Shown: piece after piece, positions 51,403 through 60,132 of the stretch
Position numbering within the stretch: the first letter of the stretch is position 1
Layout: each line of letters starts with the position of its first letter
Origin: Candidatus Peregrinibacteria bacterium
GTDB lineage: Bacteria > Patescibacteriota > Gracilibacteria > UBA1369
Direction: 5' to 3'
Assembly: GCA_963708185.1 (NCBI GenBank)
Contig: OY970195.1
Span: 348,004-412,003, forward strand
Length of the DNA: 64,000 bases
Notes under the pieces: generated by a model
What the model saw: only the letters and a program-made list of their open reading frames with translations
Databases searched by the model: none
Told to the model about the DNA's origin: nothing
Program-made: the position numbers and the translations under genes

Positions 51403-52611
51403 ATGATTTTTTTTAGTCAACTGCTTCGTGTTCCAATTATCGACAGCAAACAGGAGACGGTCGGACGTCTCAAGGATGTTGTCGTAAAATCTGGGAGGGA
51501 CGATTACCCTCAGGTGAGCGGTATTTTGTTCAAGCAGGGAAAGTACCTTTCTTTTATTCCCTATCAATGTATCGAAACGCTGAGCAGGGGTGAGATCACG
51601 CTCAGCAAATCCGATTGCTGGAAAGGGAATTTCGAGCCTTCAAAAGAAGAATTTTTGCTTTCAAGGGATGTTCTTGATCAGCAGATTTTTGACGTGAAGG
51701 GGATCCGTGTCGTTCGCGCCAATGATCTGCAGATGGTCAAGATCGACGATGATTTCTCCGTCGTCGGCATTGACGTCAGCAACAAGGCGCTTTTCCGCAG
51801 GTTGGGTATCGACGGGTTTCCTTTTTTCCGACATATGGAGTCGAAGTTCATCGACTGGCATAACGTCAGTCTCGTGAAGGGCCAGGTGGGAAGTCTTCAG
51901 TTAAAGACCACCCACGAAAAACTTCAGAAACTTCATCCCGCCGACGTTGCCAACCTTATTGAAAATCTTACGCTTCCCGAAAGTACCAAGCTCGTTCAGT
52001 CCCTTGATAAAGAGACTGCCGCTGAAGTTTTGGGGGAGGTTGAACCTGAATATAAGGATACTCTTCTTGAGCGGATCAATCCTAAACTGCTTGCCACCAT
52101 CATGGAGGAAATGCCGACCGATGAAGCCGTCGACGTGTTGAAGGACCTTTCCGACCATAAAAGAGTCCAGGTGTTCAGAAGACTGGGAGTGCGCAAGGCA
52201 AAGACTCTCCATAAGCTTTCGGGCTATCGCGACGATATTGCCGGAGGTCTCATGACGTCTGAGTTCATGAGTGTGAACAGGGATTCGAGCGTCGCTCAGG
52301 CCGTCAAGGAAATTCGTAAAAAATCCGACGACTACCCGACGCTTTATCATGTCTACGTGGTGGATGACGAAAAACACCTTCAGGGTGTCGTTTCCATCCG
52401 TACATTGTTGCTTTCATCGCCACGTAAAAAGATCGAGGAACTGATGTCGAAAGTGGTGAAGACGATCAGACTCCACACCAAAGCTGAAGACATCGCCAGA
52501 CTGATGACGAAGTACGATCTTCTTTCCATGGCGGTCGTCGACCGCAGCAAAGTCATCAGGGGCATCGTGACGGTTGACGATATTCTTCGTTTACTTATTC
52601 CTGACGCGTAA
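51403..52611 (+). CDS. cytosolic MgtE-N domain plus CBS-pair protein, preceded by a PRC-barrel-like segment; no membrane domain
   Basis: 402 aa. MgtE_N-like: LHPADVANLIENL...AAEVLGEVEPE...EEMPTDEAVDVLKDL. CBS pair: MTSEFMSVNRDSSVAQAV...VYVVDDEKHLQGVVSIRTLL and DLLSMAVVDRSKVIRGIVTVDDIL. No TM helices. Confidence 0.8.
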   Translation: MIFFSQLLRVPIIDSKQETVGRLKDVVVKSGRDDYPQVSGILFKQGKYLSFIPYQCIETLSRGEITLSKSDCWKGNFEPSKEEFLLSRDVLDQQIFDVKGIRVVRANDLQMVKIDDDFSVVGIDVSNKALFRRLGIDGFPFFRHMESKFIDWHNVSLVKGQVGSLQLKTTHEKLQKLHPADVANLIENLTLPESTKLVQSLDKETAAEVLGEVEPEYKDTLLERINPKLLATIMEEMPTDEAVDVLKDLSDHKRVQVFRRLGVRKAKTLHKLSGYRDDIAGGLMTSEFMSVNRDSSVAQAVKEIRKKSDDYPTLYHVYVVDDEKHLQGVVSIRTLLLSSPRKKIEELMSKVVKTIRLHTKAEDIARLMTKYDLLSMAVVDRSKVIRGIVTVDDILRLLIPDA

Positions 52612-52617
52612 TCGGTT

Positions 52618-53889
52618 ATGCAAACACTTGAGAAGGAGATCAAACCTACGCATCTCCAGAAATTCAAGATGAAATGGCTGCTGATTTTGGCGGTCATCGG
52701 ACCCGGGATTATCGCCGGGACCGCCGACAACGATGCCGGCGGCATTGCCACGTATTCCGTGACGGGCGCCAGTTTCGGTTACAAGATGTTGTGGATTCTT
52801 TTCCTCATCACGTTCGTGCTGGCCATCACCCAGGAGATGGGCGCCCGTCTCGGGTTGGTGACGGGGAAAGGCCTGGCCGCTTTGATCAGAGAAAATTTCA
52901 GTCTGAAAACGACGACGTTCGTGGTTTTGGTGACGTTCATCGCCAACTGGGCCAACATTCTCGCGGAGTATGCCGGCGTTTCCAGTGTCGCCGATATTTA
53001 CGGCGTTCCCCATTATGTCGCCATACCCTTAGCCGCCGTCTTGACGTGGTACGTGGTGTACAAAGGGTCTTTTAAATCCGTCCAGAAAATATTCCTCACG
53101 TCATCGTTGCTCTTTTTTGCCTATATCATCGCCGGGTTTCTGGCGCATCCCGACTGGGGTGACGTTTTGAAAGGGACCTTCGTGCCCCAGATTGAATGGT
53201 CCGCGAATTTTTTCTACACTGCGGTGGCTTTGATCGGTACGACGATTACCGCCTGGGGGCAGTTTTTCGTCCAGTCCTATTACGTGGACAAAGGCGTGGC
53301 TTCCGAACATTTGAACTATTCGCGTTGGGATGTTTTCGCCGGAGCTTTTTGGACGAACTTCGTGGCGTTTTTCATCGTCCTTGCCACGGCGGCGACGCTC
53401 TACAAAGCGGGAATCAACATCACCGATGCCGGGCAGGCGGCGGTCGCGCTTGAACCTTTTGTCGGAGCGTTTGCCAAACATCTTTTCGCCTGGGGACTTC
53501 TCAACGCTTCGCTGCTCGGACTGGCGGTGGTTTCCATGACTTCCTCCTACGTTGTGACCGAAGCTTTCGGCTGGGAAGGTCGTGTCGACCTGAAACAGGA
53601 ATCCCCGGCTTTTTACGGAATTTTCGCTTTCTGTATTTTTTCGGCGGCTTTGGCCATACTTCTTCCGGGATTGCCGCTCGTTGATATCCTCGTTGGTTCG
53701 CAGATGCTCAATACGTTCGTCCTGCCGGTGCTGTTTATTGCCATTCTTGTCCTTTTGAACCGGGAAAGTCTGATGGGGAAGTTCAAGAACACGCTTTTCG
53801 TGAACGTCGTTTCATGGATTTCGGTCGTTTTCGTCACCTTGATGGCCGGGACGCTGCTTGTGATGACCTTTTCGAATTTCGGACATTAA
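52618..53889 (+). CDS. mntH: NRAMP-family divalent metal transporter (MntH-like)
   Basis: 423 aa with about 11 TM helices. Carries GPGIIAGTADNDAGGIATYS and ITQEMGARLG. It starts 6 nt after the MgtE-N/CBS gene. Confidence 0.9.
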   Translation: MQTLEKEIKPTHLQKFKMKWLLILAVIGPGIIAGTADNDAGGIATYSVTGASFGYKMLWILFLITFVLAITQEMGARLGLVTGKGLAALIRENFSLKTTTFVVLVTFIANWANILAEYAGVSSVADIYGVPHYVAIPLAAVLTWYVVYKGSFKSVQKIFLTSSLLFFAYIIAGFLAHPDWGDVLKGTFVPQIEWSANFFYTAVALIGTTITAWGQFFVQSYYVDKGVASEHLNYSRWDVFAGAFWTNFVAFFIVLATAATLYKAGINITDAGQAAVALEPFVGAFAKHLFAWGLLNASLLGLAVVSMTSSYVVTEAFGWEGRVDLKQESPAFYGIFAFCIFSAALAILLPGLPLVDILVGSQMLNTFVLPVLFIAILVLLNRESLMGKFKNTLFVNVVSWISVVFVTLMAGTLLVMTFSNFGH

Positions 53890-53941
53890 AATCTTGAAAT
53901 GGGCATGGGCATGTGATACTTTTCCTTCGCTTTTTACGCAT

Positions 53942-54017
53942 GGACGCTTAGCTCAGTTGGTAGAGCATCTCGTTTACACCGAGAGGGTCGGGGGTTCGAG
54001 CCCCTCAGCGTCCACCA
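53942..54017 (+). tRNA. tRNA-Val (anticodon TAC), CCA encoded
   Basis: Acceptor GGACGCT/AGCGTCC, anticodon loop TTTACAC, T-loop TTCGAGC, 76 nt. Confidence 0.92.
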
Positions 54018-54031
54018 GGACACATTGTAAG

Positions 54032-54062
54032 AAAAAACCCCGCTTTTGGACGGGGCTTTTTT
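54032..54062. terminator. bidirectional intrinsic terminator after tRNA-Val and the convergent cupredoxin gene
   Basis: AAAAAACCCCG, loop CTTTTGGA, CGGGGCTTTTTT. Confidence 0.6.
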
Positions 54063-54083
54063 GTGACTCGCGATGTTGGTTGA

Positions 54084-55049
54084 TCAGATGGTGGGGACTT
54101 CGATGGGAGGTTTGACGATAATGGTCCCTTTCATCGTAGGATGGATCGTGCAGTGGTAGGTGAAGGTCCCGTTATTGTTGTAGGTGTGGAAAAAGGTTTG
54201 TCCGGGCTGGATCGTTCCGCTGAAAAACGATTGATCGTCGCTCATGACGGTGTGGGCTACCGAGTCTTTGTTGATCCATTCCACGGTTGTTCCGGTGCCG
54301 ATGGTCATGCTGTCTTTGACGAAGGCCATGTCCTGGATATTGACCACCAACGTTAAAGGTCCGTTCGACGTTTGTTGGGTTTGTTGCTGCGTCTGTTGAT
54401 TCTGCTGGTTGGAGGAAGTGTTGTGGATCGAGTTGTAGAGAAGTTGCGCCAGTTTTCCGCGGGTCATGCCTTGTGCCGGGGAAATCATGTTGTTGGCGTT
54501 TCCGGAAATCCATTGCTGTTCTTTGGCGTACTCGACGTATTTCGCGTACCATTGATTGGCAAAAGCGTCGGCGAAAGGATTGCTGACCACCACGATGCGA
54601 TCGAGGTTGATGTTTTTGGTATTGATGAGCATCTTGAGGTTTTCAACCAGATTGACGGTCTGGGTTGGTTTGAATGTGCCGTCAGGGTAGCCGTTGACGA
54701 CACCGAGGCTTTTCGCCTTCAAAAGATATTTCGCGTACCATTCGGTTGCTAGAGTGTCGCTGAATCCTCCGGTGCCGGTATTGTCGGGAACAACCACGCT
54801 TGCCCCAAGAAGAATGATTTTCAAGGCTTCGACTCTGTTGACGGTCTGGGTTGGTTTGAATGTGCCGTCAGGATAGCCGTCAATGATACCGCGAGCTTTC
54901 AAGTCCATGATAGCGGTATAGTTCGGGTGGCTCACAGGGACGTCACTAAATCCGCTTGTTTGCGCCATGGTCGTGGCGACCGATATCGGCAGGGTCAGCA
55001 TGAGGATGGCACCTGCCGCGATGCCCGCAAGGGTTTGTTTTCCTTTCAT
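54084..55049 (-). CDS. surface protein: signal peptide, SLH repeats, Gln-rich linker and a type-1 copper (cupredoxin) domain; paralog of 17048..18142
   Basis: 321 aa with GYPDGTFKPTQTVNR(V/L)E repeats and the linker SSNQQNQQTQQQTQQTS. The C-terminus is HTVMSDDQSFFSG...FTYHCTIHPTMKGTIIV. Confidence 0.8.
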   Translation of the reverse strand: MKGKQTLAGIAAGAILMLTLPISVATTMAQTSGFSDVPVSHPNYTAIMDLKARGIIDGYPDGTFKPTQTVNRVEALKIILLGASVVVPDNTGTGGFSDTLATEWYAKYLLKAKSLGVVNGYPDGTFKPTQTVNLVENLKMLINTKNINLDRIVVVSNPFADAFANQWYAKYVEYAKEQQWISGNANNMISPAQGMTRGKLAQLLYNSIHNTSSNQQNQQTQQQTQQTSNGPLTLVVNIQDMAFVKDSMTIGTGTTVEWINKDSVAHTVMSDDQSFFSGTIQPGQTFFHTYNNNGTFTYHCTIHPTMKGTIIVKPPIEVPTI

Positions 55050-55116
55050 AGAGTGATCAAAAAGATATAAGGCTTATCTATGATCCTATCCTATATCTTG
55101 ATGATTGTGAATTTTT

Positions 55117-57687
55117 TTAGAAGTCGAATTTTTTGAAGAAGAATTTTTTGGTGAGTTCCGCGGCGATGAAGTAGGCCGTGACGATACCGCAGATGAAGAG
55201 GATCATCGAGCCGTTGAGTTCGACGAACTCGAAGGTCGAGCTGATCGGCGTATACACGAGTATGAGCAGCATGACGACAACGGCCGCTGACATCCAGAAG
55301 AGCATTTTTCCCGGCATACTTTTGAAGAAAGGTTTTTTGGTTCGGATGGCGAAGGTCACGACGATTTCAGACAACGCGGATTCGAAAAACCAGGCGGTCC
55401 TGAAAAGTCCTGGCCCGGTCTGGAAGGCGAAAAGAAGGCTCAGGATAAGCGTCATGTCGAAGGCGGTACTGAGCAGGCCGAAGAAGGTCATGAACGATCT
55501 GATCATCTTGATGTCCAGTTTTTTTGGCCTTTTCAACTGTTCCTGGTCGATGTTGTCGGTGGCGATGGCCAGCATCGGCGTATCTGTCAGAAGGTTGTTG
55601 AGAAGGATCTGTGAAGGGAGGAGGGGAATGAACTTCAGGAAAAGCGATGATGCGGCGACGGTAAACATGTTGCCGTAGTTGGCGCTCACGGTATTCAGGA
55701 TGTACTTGGTGATGTTGGTAAAGATTTTTCTTCCTTCTATGATGCCTTCGGCGATGACGCCGAGACCGTTTTGCAGAAGAATGATATCAGCCGCTTCCTT
55801 TGCGATGTCGGTAGCAGTATTCACGGAAATGCCCACGTCGGCGATCTTCAGTGCAGGGGCGTCGTTGACGCCGTCGCCCATGAAGGCGATGGTCCTCTCT
55901 GGCCCGGTGTTGAGGGTGTTGACGATCTTATATTTGTGTTCGGGAGTTATTCGTGAAAAAACGTTGTATTTCAAAACGGCCTCATTGAACTGCTTTTCGT
56001 CCATGGCATCGAGTTCGTCGCCCGTCAGGATTTTTCCGCCCAGAATTTCAAGCCCTACCTTTTTACAGATAGCGTCGGTTACCAGCGGATCATCCCCGCT
56101 GAGCACTTTGATCTCCACTCCCATTTTTTTCATCTTATCCAGTGAGCTTTTGGCGGTTTTGCGTGGAGGATCGATGAAGACAATGAAACCGAGCAGCGTC
56201 AGGTCTTTTTCATCCTCTTTCTTGGAATGATCGCTGTCCCATTCTTTGAAGGCTATGCTGATAGTGCTGTAACCCTGGCTGCGGTATTTATTGACGGTCT
56301 TGAGATATTTTTCGGTGTAGACATGGTTCATCGCGAGATCCTTGTCTCCGATGGAGATTTTTGTCGTGACCTGGGCGAGTGATTCCATGGCGCCTTTGAC
56401 GACGAGATATTTTTTTCCGTCCGGCGCCTGGACGACCACGCTCATGCGGCGGCGTTTGTAGTCGAATTCATTGTGGTCGAGTATTTTATATTTGTTGAAG
56501 GTACTCATGACTTTGTTTTTTTTGCTGCTCTCCCAGATGGCACGGTCGATGATGTTTCCCTGGATTTTTTTCTTGTGCACGATGGCGTTATTGCAAAGCA
56601 GACCGTAAACGAGAAGCATGTCGTCGGGCTTTTCCTCGGCGTTGAAGTAGTTTTCCAGAGACAGTTTGCCTTCGGTCAGCGTACCGGTTTTGTCCGTACA
56701 GATGACGTCCATATTCCCGAGATCTTCGATCGATGTAAGTTTCTTGACGATTACTTTCGCTTTGGCCAGCTTCCTGGCTCCTTTGGAGAGACTGATGGTA
56801 ATGATGACGGGGAGCGCTTCTGGGGTGATGCCCACGGCGAGCGCCAACGCAAAAAGGAAAGATTCCAGGAAGCCGTGCTGGAGAACGGCGTTGACGACGA
56901 AAATGAAAACGGTCATGACGATGATGATTTTCAGGAGAAAATTGCTGAAACTGCTGATGCTTTTTTCAAAGTCGGAGACCGTTTCGGGTGCTTTTAAATA
57001 TGATGCGGTTTTGCCGAAGAAGGTTTTTTCACCGGTCGCGATGACAACGCCGGAACCGCTTCCGCTCATGATGTGGGTTCCCATAAAGGCAATGTTTTTG
57101 AGGTACTGAGGCAGCGTCCGGGAGTCGGGAGTCACGGTGGTGGTTTTTATCACAGGCACGGATTCTCCGGTGAGTGAAGATTCGTCGATGGTCATTTCAT
57201 CCTGTTGGAGGAGCCTCATGTCCGCGGGAACCACATCGCCGATATTCAGAAAAACAATGTCTCCCGGGACGACGTACTTGGTGTCTATTTCCACTTTTTG
57301 GCCGTTCCTGAGCACTTTTGCCTTGTGCCCGATGAGTTTTCTTAACGCCCGTACCGTTTTTTCGGCGCGGAATTCCTGGATGAAGCCGAGGATGCCGTTG
57401 ATGACGACGATGACCAGAATGATGACGGCATCGGTCCTTTCCCCGAGAAAAAACGCGACGATGCTTGCGACGATCAATACAAAAATCAGGGGATTGGTGA
57501 ACTGTTCTATGAAAATAGTGACTCCGGATTTTTTGTCTTTTTTGGCGATTTCGTTGAGTCCCTGGCTTTTCAATCTTTTTTGGACCTGTGAAGTTGAGAG
57601 ACCTTCCTCGCTGGTTTGAAGATTTTTTAAAAGTTCAGGGGTCTTCTGCGCCCACATGTGGGTGGGCTTGGGGGCTTTTTTCGTCAT
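55117..57687 (-). CDS. cation-transporting P-type ATPase (P2/P3-like, Mg2+/Ca2+ type)
   Basis: 856 aa. Carries TGESVPV, GITPEALPVIITISL, ICTDKTGTLT (phospho-Asp), MGDGVNDAPALK and about 10 TM helices. Confidence 0.93.
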   Translation of the reverse strand: MTKKAPKPTHMWAQKTPELLKNLQTSEEGLSTSQVQKRLKSQGLNEIAKKDKKSGVTIFIEQFTNPLIFVLIVASIVAFFLGERTDAVIILVIVVINGILGFIQEFRAEKTVRALRKLIGHKAKVLRNGQKVEIDTKYVVPGDIVFLNIGDVVPADMRLLQQDEMTIDESSLTGESVPVIKTTTVTPDSRTLPQYLKNIAFMGTHIMSGSGSGVVIATGEKTFFGKTASYLKAPETVSDFEKSISSFSNFLLKIIIVMTVFIFVVNAVLQHGFLESFLFALALAVGITPEALPVIITISLSKGARKLAKAKVIVKKLTSIEDLGNMDVICTDKTGTLTEGKLSLENYFNAEEKPDDMLLVYGLLCNNAIVHKKKIQGNIIDRAIWESSKKNKVMSTFNKYKILDHNEFDYKRRRMSVVVQAPDGKKYLVVKGAMESLAQVTTKISIGDKDLAMNHVYTEKYLKTVNKYRSQGYSTISIAFKEWDSDHSKKEDEKDLTLLGFIVFIDPPRKTAKSSLDKMKKMGVEIKVLSGDDPLVTDAICKKVGLEILGGKILTGDELDAMDEKQFNEAVLKYNVFSRITPEHKYKIVNTLNTGPERTIAFMGDGVNDAPALKIADVGISVNTATDIAKEAADIILLQNGLGVIAEGIIEGRKIFTNITKYILNTVSANYGNMFTVAASSLFLKFIPLLPSQILLNNLLTDTPMLAIATDNIDQEQLKRPKKLDIKMIRSFMTFFGLLSTAFDMTLILSLLFAFQTGPGLFRTAWFFESALSEIVVTFAIRTKKPFFKSMPGKMLFWMSAAVVVMLLILVYTPISSTFEFVELNGSMILFICGIVTAYFIAAELTKKFFFKKFDF

Positions 57688-57738
57688 GAGAAAGGCGATA
57701 ATGGATTTTTTTATGTTCCAAATATTATATCATGTATA

Positions 57739-58470
57739 ATGGTTAAGCTCAATAAGCCCATATTCATTTTTTACCTTATGTACGACCTTTCTCCCGCCCT
57801 CCTCAATCTCTATCAAGACTGTGCCCGTTGTTTTTGGGTTGAAATACACGAAAACGTCAAACGCCCCTCTGGTTCGACCAAGACCCTCCCCAGTGGGATG
57901 AACTTGGCATTTAAAAAGTATGCAGATTCTTACCGATCTAAAGGTACGCTCCCTCCCGAGCTTCAGAGGCAGATTGACGGGGTATTCCTTCCCGACCAGA
58001 AGCTCATTGATACCTGGAGAGACATGCATAAAGGGTTTACGTTTCAAGATAAAGAACTTGGAGTTGTTTTGCGCGGGGTTCTAGATGAGTGCATCGTTAA
58101 GAGTGAAGATGGGAAGCAACTGTATGTGCCGCTTGATTTTAAGACCCGCGGTTTTGAAAATTCGGAAGAAAATCACGATACCCATGCGCAACTGAAGCTC
58201 GATTGTTATGAGTTACTGTTGCAGGAAAATAAGTACATGACAAGCAGTACGGGATATCTCGTCTATTACGTTCCCGAGGAAGTTGAAGAAAACGGAGTGG
58301 TAAAATTCAATGTTCAGGTCATACAACTTGTCACCGACGGAAAAAGAATCATGAATCTTTTAGAAGAGGTGGTTCATGTCCTTGAAGGCAAGATGCCGAA
58401 AGCGGGCGGAGACTGTGAGTACTGTGCCTGGGGTGATCTTGGTGCAAGTATGAAAAGATCAACGGTGTAA
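57739..58470 (+). CDS. PD-(D/E)XK nuclease-fold protein with four cysteines (Cas4/RecB-like arrangement), hypothetical
   Basis: N-terminal QDCARCFW, central YVPLDFKTR (a D-x-K motif) and C-terminal GGDCEYCAWGD. The start is uncertain: MVKLN at 57739 or MYDL at 57778. The track start overlaps the ATPase gene. Confidence 0.6.
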   Translation: MVKLNKPIFIFYLMYDLSPALLNLYQDCARCFWVEIHENVKRPSGSTKTLPSGMNLAFKKYADSYRSKGTLPPELQRQIDGVFLPDQKLIDTWRDMHKGFTFQDKELGVVLRGVLDECIVKSEDGKQLYVPLDFKTRGFENSEENHDTHAQLKLDCYELLLQENKYMTSSTGYLVYYVPEEVEENGVVKFNVQVIQLVTDGKRIMNLLEEVVHVLEGKMPKAGGDCEYCAWGDLGASMKRSTV

Positions 58471-58529
58471 GCTCGTTCATTTTTTCAAAGAGTGTGGTAA
58501 GATTGTGGCGATTTCGTCATATTTTCATT

Positions 58530-59048
58530 ATGAACTCTTTCCATCGTCTTCAAGCAGTTTTGTTTGTACTTCCTGCAGTGGTTTTGTTGACTGCGTGCAG
58601 TTCCAATACTACCGGACAGCAAAATCCAGTCGCTCAGACCCAGCAGGGCATTCAGGTGGGTTTGAATGTTTATAATTCGGACAATCCGACCGAACAGCCA
58701 GTGCCAGCGACCCAGCAGATGACTCAGAATTTGAATGTTACGGTCATGTCTCCGAACCTTTCCGAGCCGCTTCCGAGTCCGGTGGAAATCCACGGGTCGG
58801 TCAGCGGGGTCTTTTTCTCGGAGGGTGTTTTTCCGGTGATCCTGCAGGACAGCAAAGGCAACGAAATTGCCCGTACTCTTGCGCATGCCGACGGTGAGTG
58901 GATGACCGAAGACGTTGTTCCCTTTACGGCGGACCTGACCTTTACCGCTCCGGCGGATAAGGCCGCCAAACTGATTTTCCAGAAAGACAACCCTTCCGGA
59001 TTGCCCCAGAATGATCATTCGCAGTCCTTTGACGTAACCTTGAAATAA
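58530..59048 (+). CDS. lipoprotein with a Gmad2-like Ig domain
   Basis: The start MNSFHRLQAVLFVLPAVVLLTAC provides a lipobox. VEIHGSVSGVFFSEGVFPVILQDSKGNEIA...EWMTEDVVPFTADLTF resembles Gmad2 Ig-like domains. Confidence 0.6.
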   Translation: MNSFHRLQAVLFVLPAVVLLTACSSNTTGQQNPVAQTQQGIQVGLNVYNSDNPTEQPVPATQQMTQNLNVTVMSPNLSEPLPSPVEIHGSVSGVFFSEGVFPVILQDSKGNEIARTLAHADGEWMTEDVVPFTADLTFTAPADKAAKLIFQKDNPSGLPQNDHSQSFDVTLK

Positions 59049-59053
59049 ACAGC

Positions 59054-60130
59054 ATGAATAAGGGGATCTGGAAAACTCTCACCATCATTGGTTTCGTCCT
59101 GGCGATCGTCGCGGTCGGTATGATCGTCGTTTCACGCTTCGCATTTTTATGGAATGCAGGAAGTATGGCTGGAAATAACGATCGGATGTTGCCTCAAAGC
59201 CAGGAGGTTGCTTTTTCGGATACCCAGAGTTCAACTGAAGAGAATACCGCGATGTCCGCGACGGAGAAAAACAATCTTTCCCGTCTGCAACAGGGATGTT
59301 TCAGCGGTAATGACTGCGTCCCTTCGATCGACGAGCCGAAATTTGTGAGCGTCAAACAGGCCAAGTTCATGAACGCCGATGATCTTGTCGTGGGGGTGGC
59401 TTTTGACGGTTGGCAGAACGATGACGATCCTGTGAAGGCCTACCCCCTTAAGATTTTGAACTGGCACGAGGTGATCAATGATTTCCTCAATGAAATTCCT
59501 CTTGTCGTAACATATTCACCGTTGACGATGAGTCCCCGCGTCTACGAAAGAACCTTCGATGGTAAGGCCGTGGAGTTCGGCGTCTCCGATAAAATCCTTA
59601 ACAGCGGAGTGGTCTTGTATGATCGCGACAGCAAAACCCTGTGGAACCAATTTGACGGGATGGCTTTGGCGGGTACGAAAACAGGAGGACATCTCGTTTC
59701 TTATCCTTTACAACTGGTTACCTGGGGAGAATGGATCAAGGAATATCCTTCGACCGTGGTTCTTTCCGAGGATACTGGCGTTGACCGTCCCTACGATCAA
59801 TATCCCTACAATGATTATCAGGAAAGCAGTGATGTTTATTATTCGCTTGAACACAGCGATAACCGTCTGGATCCAAAAGACGTTGTTTACGCCGTTACGG
59901 TCGGTGATCAACGGAGGATGTATCCCGAAAAAGAGCTCCAGAAAACTCTGCCGGCCGGAGGAGGTTTTGATGACCAGTTTGCCGGAGTACATGTAAAGAT
60001 CAGCTACGCTAAAAAGAGATTCAGTGCCGTGAATACTGACACCGGAAAAGATATCCCGTTCGAGATTTCCTATTATTTTGCCGAGGAAGCTTTTTATCCG
60101 GGGAGTGATATCTATCGCGCAGGAACCTGA
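59054..60130 (+). CDS. DUF3179-family protein, membrane-anchored
   Basis: 358 aa. CVPSIDEPKF, DLVVGVAFDG...VKAYPLKILNWHEVINDF..PLVVTYSPLT and VLYDRDSKTLWNQ follow the DUF3179 pattern. Confidence 0.75.
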   Translation: MNKGIWKTLTIIGFVLAIVAVGMIVVSRFAFLWNAGSMAGNNDRMLPQSQEVAFSDTQSSTEENTAMSATEKNNLSRLQQGCFSGNDCVPSIDEPKFVSVKQAKFMNADDLVVGVAFDGWQNDDDPVKAYPLKILNWHEVINDFLNEIPLVVTYSPLTMSPRVYERTFDGKAVEFGVSDKILNSGVVLYDRDSKTLWNQFDGMALAGTKTGGHLVSYPLQLVTWGEWIKEYPSTVVLSEDTGVDRPYDQYPYNDYQESSDVYYSLEHSDNRLDPKDVVYAVTVGDQRRMYPEKELQKTLPAGGGFDDQFAGVHVKISYAKKRFSAVNTDTGKDIPFEISYYFAEEAFYPGSDIYRAGT

Positions 60131-60132
60131 GT

